Positions 1-8,835 of a stretch of DNA of 64,000 nucleotides are shown one piece after another (positions within the stretch are counted from its first letter, which is position 1; each line of letters begins with the position of its first letter). The stretch is taken from assembly GCA_963712025.1 (NCBI GenBank), contig CAVQGJ010000011.1, positions 135,929-199,928 on the forward strand, written 5' to 3'. The translations under genes were made by a program, and so were the position numbers. A model generated the notes under the pieces. It saw nothing but the letters and a program-made list of their open reading frames with translations. It was not told where the DNA came from and searched no databases. The DNA comes from an uncultured Verrucomicrobiae bacterium (GTDB lineage: Bacteria > Verrucomicrobiota > Verrucomicrobiia > Palsa-1439).

Positions 1-633
1 ACACCAGCGCTCCATGCGCTCGTCCAGCGGTTTGAGGTAGACCGCCGCCATCAGCGGCGAGAGGGGACAGCCCATCGGGATGCCCCGCGTTACGTCCTCA
101 TACAGTCCGTCGTTATAGATGCGGCGGTGCATGTATTGCCACAGCAAGTCGAGAACCTTGGCGTCGGCGATGTATTCCTGTAGCTGGGCATACAGGATCT
201 CGTGGTCAACGCTGGAGTAATACCATTTCACGTCGGTGCGAAAGACGAAGTGCTGTCCGTGCAGCCGACTGGCGACCAGCCGCACCGCCGCTTTGGAGCC
301 GCCGTTGTTGATCACATGGCAGCAACTCTTGGGCAGCAGCGGCCCCAGGTGGCGCGTCAGCACGAGGGCGAGGGCTTTCAGCACCAGCGCATCCCGCGAC
401 GACCACAGCGCCACCTGATCCTCGCTGGCAGGTATCATGTCCATCGCGTCAAACCGATACTGGCCGGTCAAGAGGAGGGTTTGCACTTGCGCTTTGACCT
501 GCGCCCAGCGCCAGCGCAGTGTCCAGACATCGTTGTTGGGCGCGTAGCGTTGGCGGCGCACGCACAGCCACTCGTAGGCCTCCTCCAGCACGGCGTCGGA
601 GGCAATCTCGGCCATCAAGTTGGCCGTCAGCAT
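1..633 (-). CDS. Reverse transcriptase (RVT_1-type, free-standing, group-II-intron-like or unclassified); N-terminal ~211 aa only, rest runs off the left edge
   Basis: My own translation of the minus strand from ATG at 633: MLTANLMAEIASDAVLEEAYEWLCVRRQRYAPNNDVWTLRWRWAQVKAQVQTLLLTGQYRF... It contains FRTDVKWYYSSVDHEIL (RT motif 2-like) and RGIPMGCPLSPLMAAVYLKPLD (GxPxGxxxSPxL, RT motif 4). The YxDD motif would lie beyond position 1. The ORF is absent from the track because the window edge truncates it. Confidence 0.75.
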   Translation of the reverse strand, partial: MLTANLMAEIASDAVLEEAYEWLCVRRQRYAPNNDVWTLRWRWAQVKAQVQTLLLTGQYRFDAMDMIPASEDQVALWSSRDALVLKALALVLTRHLGPLLPKSCCHVINNGGSKAAVRLVASRLHGQHFVFRTDVKWYYSSVDHEILYAQLQEYIADAKVLDLLWQYMHRRIYNDGLYEDVTRGIPMGCPLSPLMAAVYLKPLDERMERWC

Positions 634-759
634 GACGGTTGGCCATGGTATCACTTCCACTCGGGCCGGCAAGCGCGCCGCGATCACACCGGTGCTGAGG
701 GAGTGGTGGAGGCTCCGGCGAAGACCGGAATCGGGCGGCGCGTCAAATCCGGTTGGTCA

Positions 760-1572
760 CTAGTGAGCCAGTGTGACGGCGCTGGCTGACTGGGGGACGA
801 CGGTCAGTTTCCCGTCAACCAGCTTCACCGGGCCGGTAATTGTCACCACGCGTCCCAGCAGCCATTCATTGACGGGTAGGCTGGTCAACTCGCTTTCGCC
901 CAGCACGACCTGAATTGCACCGGTGGCGTCTTGAACGCTCAACCGACGGGTCTTGTTGCCGTTATCGCTGTCAGAGATGGTCCCGGAAATAACCACTGCC
1001 CGTCCCACCCAATCCTCCTTGATCTTACCAATAACGGTTTGCACTGGCGGGGAAGACGGAGTGGCGTCCACAACAGGGGCCGGAGGAGGTGTGGCTGCCG
1101 CGGGTGAGTTGGTGGAACCATCGGTGGGAGAGGCTGCACTCACGAGGTCGATGGCGTCGGGCCCGGAAATCTGCAATTCGGGATGATCCCGATAGAGTTT
1201 CACCGTGACCTTGGCATGGATCAGGTTGCCGACTTTTACTTTCGCGGCGAGTTGGGGCTGCATGTCGGACCAGTAGACCAGCGGGACCGTGGCCTTGTCC
1301 TCCGTGAGGCTGACGATATAGGGAGCACGCTCGCTGGACGGCTCGCGTATCGCCGAGATGACGGCTTGAACGGCAATAGCATGATTCGTCAACGACAGGT
1401 TAATGCTCGCAATCGCGGTGAGGGTTTCTCCTGCCGAAATGGCGGGGACGACGCCAACCAAATTCGTCCAGGTGATGGCGACAAAAATGGGCAACAGCCA
1501 GCGTGAATGCAAGTTTTCCGCGGAGGTAATCTTGTCGTGGGAGCGGCGGCAATCGAGGGTTGGTTTCATCAT
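760..1572 (-). CDS. Exported or membrane-anchored hypothetical protein with two OB-fold-like repeats joined by a Pro/Ala/Ser linker
   Basis: ORF 760..1674. The likely start is MMKPT at 1572, with GGAGG about 10 nt upstream. N-terminal hydrophobic segment WLLPIFVAITWTNLVGVVPAISA. Two repeats follow an OB-like pattern (e.g. GRAVVISGTISDSD...RRLSVQDATGAIQVVLGE...GRVVTITGPVKLVDGKLTVV). Confidence 0.5.
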   Translation of the reverse strand: MMKPTLDCRRSHDKITSAENLHSRWLLPIFVAITWTNLVGVVPAISAGETLTAIASINLSLTNHAIAVQAVISAIREPSSERAPYIVSLTEDKATVPLVYWSDMQPQLAAKVKVGNLIHAKVTVKLYRDHPELQISGPDAIDLVSAASPTDGSTNSPAAATPPPAPVVDATPSSPPVQTVIGKIKEDWVGRAVVISGTISDSDNGNKTRRLSVQDATGAIQVVLGESELTSLPVNEWLLGRVVTITGPVKLVDGKLTVVPQSASAVTLAH

Positions 1573-1688
1573 TTCTTGCGTTCCTCCAGCCTGCGCGAGG
1601 GGAATTCCTGGTGCAAGCCTGATGAATTGTTTCAGTGAATAAGCGACGCCGCAAGAAAAAACTTGACCCCCCATCTTATCCGTCGCGG

Positions 1689-1704
1689 TGGCATGTTAGC
1701 TGCT
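1689..1704 (+). promoter_or_regulatory. sigma54 (-24/-12) promoter upstream of pilC
   Basis: TGGCATgttagcTGCT has exact GG-N10-GC spacing. It ends 53 nt upstream of ATG 1757. Confidence 0.6.
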
Positions 1705-1756
1705 CGATACAGAGCAGGATTTTGTTCGATGGCAACAAGGAACTGACGAGCGGGCG

Positions 1757-2968
1757 ATGGCGAGGTTCATATATCAAGCGCGCGATGCCTCCGGGCGTCC
1801 GATCAATGGCGACATCGAGGCGGTGGACGCACAACGGGCGGCGTCATCGCTGATGGATCGCGGCCTGATGGTCGTTTCCATACGCGCGGGGGGGGCGGGA
1901 CGCAAGACGGGACGAAAGCGCCGTCAGGGCAAGGTGAAGGCCCAGGATTTGGTCGTGTTCACCCGGCAGTTGGCGACGATGATCGACGCGGGATTGCCGC
2001 TCGTGCAGTCGTTGAACGCGCTGGAAGAACAGACGGAGAGCCCGACATTCAAGCCCGTGCTGCGCCAGGCGACCGAACAAGTGGAGCAAGGGCATGCGTT
2101 CTCGGAGGCGTTGGCAGAGCATCCCAAAGTGTTCAACCGGTTGTACGTGAGCATGGTGGAAGCCGGGGAAACGGGCGGCCTACTGGCGGAAATCCTCGAT
2201 CGGCTCGCGAGTTACCTTGAGTCGACTTCTCGCCTGAAGAAAAAGGTGAAATCGGCGATGACCTATCCGGTGATCGTGTGTTTCATCTCCCTGAGCATCG
2301 CCCTGTTTCTGATCATCAAAGTGATCCCGATTTTCGGCAACATCTACAAGGACTTCGGCGCCCAATTGCCGGGTCCCACGCAACTCCTCATCGATCTCAG
2401 CGATTTCATCCGAACGTACTTCATTCTCGCGGCGGGCACGATGGCGGGGCTCGTCTTTGGCGTTGTCAAATTCAAACGCACCCGCCGAGGAACCGCGCTG
2501 TGGGACCGCACAAAGCTGCGGTTGCCCGTGATTGGGAAACTCGTCCACAAGATCTGCATCTCGCGGTTTTCACGGACGTTTGCCGCCCTGCTGCGCAGCG
2601 GCGTGCCGATTTTGGAGACCCTGCACATTGTCGGTCAATCTTCGGGCAACACCGTTGTGGAAACCGCGGTCGCCAAGGCCGCCACCAGCATCGAGCATGG
2701 AGACAATCTGGCCGCGGCCCTGGGACAGCATTCGATTTTTCCGCCCATGTTGGTGAGGATGATTTCCGCGGGTGAGCAAACCGGCAAGGTGGACGTCATG
2801 CTGGAAAAAATTTCGGATTTCTATGACGAAGAAATCGAAGCGACGTTGGCGGGGTTGACGTCGTTGATCGAGCCCTTACTGATCGTCTTTCTCGGCGTGG
2901 TGGTCGGCAGCATCGTCATTTGCATGTTTCTGCCGATATTCAAACTGAGCCAAGCCGTTCAATTTTAG
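1757..2968 (+). CDS. pilC: Type IV pilus assembly platform protein PilC (GspF family)
   Basis: 403-aa ORF with a typical GspF/PilC pattern: N-terminal FIYQARDASGRPINGDIEA, a duplicated T2SSF domain, and three TM segments. Confidence 0.9.
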   Translation: MARFIYQARDASGRPINGDIEAVDAQRAASSLMDRGLMVVSIRAGGAGRKTGRKRRQGKVKAQDLVVFTRQLATMIDAGLPLVQSLNALEEQTESPTFKPVLRQATEQVEQGHAFSEALAEHPKVFNRLYVSMVEAGETGGLLAEILDRLASYLESTSRLKKKVKSAMTYPVIVCFISLSIALFLIIKVIPIFGNIYKDFGAQLPGPTQLLIDLSDFIRTYFILAAGTMAGLVFGVVKFKRTRRGTALWDRTKLRLPVIGKLVHKICISRFSRTFAALLRSGVPILETLHIVGQSSGNTVVETAVAKAATSIEHGDNLAAALGQHSIFPPMLVRMISAGEQTGKVDVMLEKISDFYDEEIEATLAGLTSLIEPLLIVFLGVVVGSIVICMFLPIFKLSQAVQF

Positions 2969-3045
2969 AACCCGGCAGCCTGGAGCGGCCGGAGGGCGCG
3001 CGAAACGGGTGAATGACTGCGCGGGAAAGTGACTGGAGGAATCAG

Positions 3046-4569
<1,524 letters not shown>

Positions 4570-4726
4570 GGATGCGCTCCGCGCCCACGCGACGGCCCGG
4601 GGACGACCCGTTTTGGGAGTGTGCGCCCTTGCTGACAGGACCTTGTGCGGTGCTGGAGGCCGCGAACAGGCTTGTTCACGCATCGGCACAATTGTGTATG
4701 GGCACAGGCTGTATACCCGGCCGAGA

Positions 4727-4742
4727 CTTGCAGAACTGCAAG
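4727..4742. promoter_or_regulatory. Perfect 16-bp palindrome CTTGCAGAACTGCAAG, candidate enhancer-binding-protein site (UAS)
   Basis: 7-bp arms with a 2-bp spacer, read directly from the sequence. It sits about 85-100 bp upstream of the -24/-12 element of the pilin gene. Confidence 0.4.
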
Positions 4743-4824
4743 AATTCTCAGGTCTGGGTAGGAAAAACCGCCAAGCTTCAAAAATGAGCGGGCGAGAACG
4801 GGCGTCCGCGCTCAACGCACCGGC

Positions 4825-4840
4825 TGGCACCAATGCTGCT
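4825..4840 (+). promoter_or_regulatory. sigma54 (-24/-12) promoter upstream of the pilin gene
   Basis: TGGCACcaatgcTGCT with GG-N10-GC spacing. It ends 52 nt upstream of ATG 4892. Confidence 0.65.
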
Positions 4841-4891
4841 GGAAAAGCATGGCGTGGAAGCAGAAATCACCAAAAAAGGGAGGTGAATCAG

Positions 4892-5278
4892 ATGATCAAC
4901 AAGATCCGCAATGACCGTTCGGCGTTCACCCTGGTTGAAATCATGATAGTGGTTGCCATCATTGGGTTGCTCGCCGCTCTCGCGGTCCCGGGCTTCGTCA
5001 AAGCCCGCAAACAGTCTCAAGGTCGCCGCACGCTCAATGACTGCCGTCAACAGGACGCCGCCATTGATCAGTGGGCTCTCGAGACAGGCCAGACGGACGG
5101 TGCTACGGTTAACACGACTGGCGCGGCCTCGTACTTGAAGACAGCGTGGAAGACGCAGGACTTGCTCGGGAACGCCTTCGGGCCGACCACCATGCTGGTG
5201 GGAACCGGGCAAATCCTCATTTCCACCGCGACCAAGAGTTCGTTGGCCAACGTTGGTATTGACTGGGGTCCGTACTAA
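4892..5278 (+). CDS. Type IV pilin (prepilin-type N-terminal cleavage/methylation domain), candidate major pilin
   Basis: MINKIRNDRSAFTLVEIMIVVAIIGLLAALAVPGF is a class III signal plus conserved hydrophobic helix. GGGAGG RBS precedes ATG 4892. The track ORF 4538..5278 starts too far upstream. Confidence 0.85.
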   Translation: MINKIRNDRSAFTLVEIMIVVAIIGLLAALAVPGFVKARKQSQGRRTLNDCRQQDAAIDQWALETGQTDGATVNTTGAASYLKTAWKTQDLLGNAFGPTTMLVGTGQILISTATKSSLANVGIDWGPY

Positions 5279-5327
5279 GTCGGAGCCCCAGGCACGAGCG
5301 CACGCGCGCTTGATGTTTGAGCTTGCC

Positions 5328-5357
5328 AGAGGCAGGAGGGCCATCCCTCCTGCCTCT
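5328..5357 (+). terminator. Perfect 13-bp stem / 4-nt loop hairpin downstream of the pilin gene
   Basis: AGAGGCAGGAGGG-CCAT-CCCTCCTGCCTCT lies 50 nt after the pilin stop. No clear U-tract follows, so its terminator function is inferred. Confidence 0.5.
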
Positions 5358-5362
5358 CTCCT

Positions 5363-5613
5363 ATGTCGCGAGGGCGATACATCGTGAACGACGCCGGTGT
5401 CAATGGTTGGGCGTTGGAGGCCGGAGCAGTAAGCGGCACCCCCCTGTGGATCTCACGGCAACCGGCCAGTACGCATAGCAGGGTACCATCAGCGCCACGG
5501 ATCTGCTGGGGAGCCCGTACGCTATCGGCCCGGTTGGGAGCAACCAATTGGAGGTCTCCACGGGGATAGAATTCGCTCTCGCCGCAGTGAATATCAACTG
5601 GGGATCGTGCTAG
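5363..5613 (+). pseudogene. 5'-truncated pilin paralogue (C-terminal domain only, frame change plus in-frame TAG)
   Basis: My own translation gives SRGRYIVNDAGVNGWALEAGAVSGTP in one frame. After the C-run at about 5437-5445 it continues in another frame as PVDLTATGQYA*QGTISATDLLGSPYAIGPVGSNQLEVSTGIEFALAAVNINWGSC*. This aligns with pilin residues SQGRRTLND..IDQWALETGQTDGATVNTTGAASYLK..QDLLGNAFGP...ANVGIDWGPY*. It has no signal or helix region and no promoter. Confidence 0.6.
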
Positions 5614-5659
5614 ATCTGGGGGTTTTGCCCGTCAGTCTTGGGGGGAGGGAGACAAGTGA

Positions 5660-5675
5660 TGGCACATCAGATGCT
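5660..5675 (+). promoter_or_regulatory. sigma54 (-24/-12) promoter upstream of pilM
   Basis: TGGCACatcagaTGCT with GG-N10-GC spacing. It ends 39 nt upstream of ATG 5714. Confidence 0.6.
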
Positions 5676-5713
5676 AGTTGATAGTGCTAGATAACGGAGG
5701 GTGGTAGAAGACC

Positions 5714-6859
5714 ATGTTTTTTCACGTCAATAAACGGCGCAAGCCCGATTTGGCGCTCGGGATCGACATCGGAGCGAGCCAGATAAAGGCGGCGCTGATT
5801 CGGCGGCAACGAGACACGTTTGAGCTCTTGGAGTACGCGGTGCATGCCCTGCCCACCACGCCAGCCAAGGCGTACCGTGGGCCGGAATTCGTGGCCGAAC
5901 TCCAGAAGACCGTCGACACTCTCAAGACTTCCGAGCGGCGCGCCTATGTGACGATCAGCTGCAGTTCGGCGATGGTCTGTCAGGCCGAGTTTCCGCCGGT
6001 TCCGATCGAGGAAATCAAGAGCGCGCTCAAACTCAACAGCGCGGGATATCTGCGGCGTGATTTTTCGTCCTACTATCTCGACGCATTCGAATTGAAAAAA
6101 GGATCGCAGGATCCCAAAGCCAAAGCAAAAGGTGCGGCCAAGCCTGCCGAACCGTCCAAGACCAAGGACGCGGCCAAGACGAAGGACAAAGAGGACAAGC
6201 CGAATGACAAGGGCAAGGATGGCGCCAAGACAATCATCCTGGTCGGCGGCGCGAACAAGGAAGAAGTGGACGCGTGCCGGGAAGCGCTCACCGCGGCCAA
6301 GATCAAACCCCAGGTGATCGAGTTGGCGGCGGTCTCCGTCATCAATGCCTTTCACTTCAGCCACCCCGAGATCAAGGACGATGTCGTGGTGCTGGTGGAC
6401 ATTGGCGCGCGAATGACGAGCGTCAATTTTCTACAGGGCGGCCTGCCGTTGATCACGCGCATCATGCATTTTGGCGGCGCGCAAATCAGCGAATACATCG
6501 GCCAGGTTCTCATGCTCAAACCCCAGGAAGCGGAGGAGGAAAAGCGCAAGATGTCCCCGCCCGTTCAGGAATTGGTGAAGACGGCGATCTCGCCGCTCGC
6601 CCGGGAGATTCGCTCCTCCATCGATTTCTTCGAGCGGCAGAATGATTTGCACGTCCAGCGAATCTACGCGTGCGGAGGCTCGGCCAGTTCCCCCCAGATG
6701 CTGGCAATCCTCGGCGAAGCGGTCGGCACGCCGGTGGAATGCTGGAACGCGGTGGAGAGTCTGGATGTGAGCCAGTTCAACGGAGGAACGCGGCGGGTCC
6801 TTTCCATCGGGCCATCGCTCGCCGCCGTCGTGGGAGTGGCGGCAGGCCGTTTGTCCTGA
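5714..6859 (+). CDS. pilM: Type IV pilus assembly protein PilM (actin-like ATPase fold)
   Basis: LALGIDIGASQIKAALI N-terminal phosphate-1 motif, VDIGARMTSVNF, ACGGSA; gene order pilMNOPQ. It carries a Lys-rich insertion at about 6095-6229. Confidence 0.85.
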   Translation: MFFHVNKRRKPDLALGIDIGASQIKAALIRRQRDTFELLEYAVHALPTTPAKAYRGPEFVAELQKTVDTLKTSERRAYVTISCSSAMVCQAEFPPVPIEEIKSALKLNSAGYLRRDFSSYYLDAFELKKGSQDPKAKAKGAAKPAEPSKTKDAAKTKDKEDKPNDKGKDGAKTIILVGGANKEEVDACREALTAAKIKPQVIELAAVSVINAFHFSHPEIKDDVVVLVDIGARMTSVNFLQGGLPLITRIMHFGGAQISEYIGQVLMLKPQEAEEEKRKMSPPVQELVKTAISPLAREIRSSIDFFERQNDLHVQRIYACGGSASSPQMLAILGEAVGTPVECWNAVESLDVSQFNGGTRRVLSIGPSLAAVVGVAAGRLS

Positions 6860-6866
6860 CCGGCAA

Positions 6867-7541
6867 GTGAGAACGATGACGGCGATTACCCTCAACCTAC
6901 TGGCCGAAGAGCAATTGGCGCAAGAGGCGCGCGCTCGGGACCCGGTCAAACTGTTCATTGCCGTTGGTCTGGGAGTATTAACCATCGTGGTGGCATTGGG
7001 CGGCACCCTATCGGCGATCCTGATGCAAAAACGCTCCGAGTTGGCAGGGCTCCAATCGAAGTGGGACAAGATGAACGACGGGGGGGCGGAAGAAAGCGAT
7101 TTTCAAAAACTCAACAACGCCGCCAGTGAGATCGTGGCGCTGAATCACTCACGGGTGTTGATTGCCCCGCAGATCGCCCTGGTGAAAGACCTCATTCCCT
7201 CATCGGTCGAGTTAACGCAGCTTGCGTTCGCCATGAGTGAGGATAGTCCGGGCGCGGACGGCGGAGGCAATGACGGCGGGGAGGGCCAGCACGGTCGGCA
7301 TCCCAAGAAGTCCCAGCGGCTCGTCGTGCGATTGGATGGAAAGGCCTTTGGCGGCCAGCCGGAGCTGGAGGTGGACCGATTTCTCCAGTTGCTGCGAAGC
7401 GACGCACGCTTCAGCGCGCTGGTCGAGGACATCCAATTGCGCTCGATCGGCCGTGTGGCGGAGACTGACAAAGCCGGCGCCACGAGGGATGCGGCCAGTT
7501 TTTCCATCGAATGTTGGTTCAAGGAGAAGTCAACAAAGTGA
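6867..7541 (+). CDS. pilN: PilN-like fimbrial assembly protein
   Basis: N-terminal ITLNLLAEEQ followed by a single TM (LFIAVGLGVLTIVVALGG); position after pilM. The start is an alternative codon per the track; ATG 6876 is also possible. Confidence 0.7.
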   Translation: MRTMTAITLNLLAEEQLAQEARARDPVKLFIAVGLGVLTIVVALGGTLSAILMQKRSELAGLQSKWDKMNDGGAEESDFQKLNNAASEIVALNHSRVLIAPQIALVKDLIPSSVELTQLAFAMSEDSPGADGGGNDGGEGQHGRHPKKSQRLVVRLDGKAFGGQPELEVDRFLQLLRSDARFSALVEDIQLRSIGRVAETDKAGATRDAASFSIECWFKEKSTK

Positions 7542-8143
7542 AGATCGCTTTCCTGAAAAAGATGCCGAAGGATAAGTTGCAAAAGGTGGTGTTCGTCTGC
7601 ATTGTCACATTGGCGGCCGTCGTCGGTGCGGTGGAGTTCTACGTGCTGAAAAACTGGGCCGCGCTGACCGAGGCCGACGCCAGTATTGCCAAGCTCACCG
7701 ACCAAATCCGTGAGGGCGAGAAGCAGGCCCGTGGAGCGCAGCAGGACGTCGCTCATCGTGCGGAGGTAAAAGCGTTTGTGGAAGCACAACACGCGGCCAT
7801 GATTTCCGGTGATCCGTTTGCCTGGGTGGTGCGTGAGGTCAGCCTGTTGGCCGAACAACATCCTGTACGGATCACGGCGCTGCATCCCGGCATCAAATCG
7901 GAAGCAGCCGGGGAATCCAAAGGTCGTACCTACACGTCCGGCATTGAGGTCTCGGGTACGTACGACCAGTTGGGTGCATTTGTTCGGGACCTGGAGAATA
8001 AATTTTCCACGGCCGAGATTCGATCCTTCTTGATGGGCGGCAACGCGGATGACAAGGGCCAGCACGGGGCGACGCTGACCATCACCCTGCGCGTGCTCCC
8101 GCCGGAACCGTCCAAGAAAACGGAGGCCAAGAAGTCAACATGA
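7538..8143 (+). CDS. pilO: PilO-like pilus assembly protein
   Basis: Single TM (VVFVCIVTLAAVVGAV), a coiled-coil region, then an alpha/beta domain. GTG 7538 overlaps the pilN stop (GTGA). The track ORF starts at 7511. Confidence 0.6.
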   Translation: MKIAFLKKMPKDKLQKVVFVCIVTLAAVVGAVEFYVLKNWAALTEADASIAKLTDQIREGEKQARGAQQDVAHRAEVKAFVEAQHAAMISGDPFAWVVREVSLLAEQHPVRITALHPGIKSEAAGESKGRTYTSGIEVSGTYDQLGAFVRDLENKFSTAEIRSFLMGGNADDKGQHGATLTITLRVLPPEPSKKTEAKKST

Positions 8144-8754
8144 AATCTCACGCTCATTCCGTCCCCTGGATACACCGCGCCAGCTCGAATGGCGGTGTCG
8201 TGATCGATACGGGCACGGCCGTCCGTGAGCCGGGCCGTGCTCGGCCGGCCCAGGCCCGGTTAGCGGATTGTCGCCCATCACTGAGTCCTGATCTGTCCGC
8301 GCCCATGAGGGTGGTCGGGGTACTGGCGTTTTGCCAGGCGATTATTTTCCTCGTGCTGTTTCTGTTTCTCTGCGCGCGAGCTGGGGCGGCGACGGAGAGC
8401 AAGTCCGGACACAGCCTTGAGTTGACCCCCTCGATATATGCGACGCAAAACTCACGCGATCCGTTTGGAGCGCAACTGCCTGGTTCGGCGGAAACGAATC
8501 GCGCCGGGACGGTCGCGTCCGTTGATGCCGGCGCGTTGAAATTAATGGGCATTTTGTACGACGCGGCGCATCCCGCTGCTCTGGTCAATGACCAACTCCT
8601 GGAGTTAAACCAGCCGGTGAAAATGCAAACCGCGCAAGGGGAAGTGGACGTCAAGGCGCTGAAGATCACGCGCGAGCTGGTGGTGCTGCAGGTGGGGGGA
8701 CAAACGATGGAATTGCGGCTCGGTGGCGCCGCGCACGATCAGGAAGCCAGGTAA
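8140..8754 (+). CDS. PilP-like pilus assembly protein (membrane-anchored)
   Basis: ATG 8140 overlaps the pilO stop (ATGA). TM VVGVLAFCQAIIFLVLFLFL, an RDPF motif, and a C-terminal beta domain (LKLMGILYDAAHPAALVNDQLLELNQPV). An alternative start is ATG 8305. Confidence 0.5.
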   Translation: MKSHAHSVPWIHRASSNGGVVIDTGTAVREPGRARPAQARLADCRPSLSPDLSAPMRVVGVLAFCQAIIFLVLFLFLCARAGAATESKSGHSLELTPSIYATQNSRDPFGAQLPGSAETNRAGTVASVDAGALKLMGILYDAAHPAALVNDQLLELNQPVKMQTAQGEVDVKALKITRELVVLQVGGQTMELRLGGAAHDQEAR

Positions 8755-8835
8755 TCCAACAAGGACGCCGGTCCCGAACGTGCTCGGGCTGGCCCAGATG
8801 CTGCTGTTTCGTAGGAAGATAAGTAGGAGGATAAC

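Noticed and set aside
752-762. Recurrent ACTAGT / CACTAG strings (about 752-762, 12930-12936, 17703-17722, 34028-34034), considered as att-like or restriction-related repeats.
   Set aside because: Three of the four (about 752-762, 12930-12936, 34028-34034) coincide with the TAG stop codon of a called gene; the 17703-17722 copy lies in the spacer upstream of the cassette. The flanks share no further similarity. Short palindromes containing CTAG are expected at such positions.
5613-5655. G-rich tract (GGGGG...GGGGGGAGGGA) between the pilin cassette and pilM, considered as a pilE-like G-quadruplex recombination initiator.
   Set aside because: It has only three G-runs, with an 18-nt first loop. 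This is not a canonical four-run G4 motif. It also lies downstream of the expressed pilin, not upstream.
6095-6229. Lys/Ala/Pro/Asp-rich ~45-aa segment inside PilM (KKGSQDPKAKAKGAAKPAEPSKTKDAAKTKDKEDKPNDKGKDGAK).
   Set aside because: It is in frame within a variable loop of the actin-like fold. I treat it as a low-complexity linker, not a separate gene or mobile insertion. It shows no repeat structure at the DNA level beyond codon bias.
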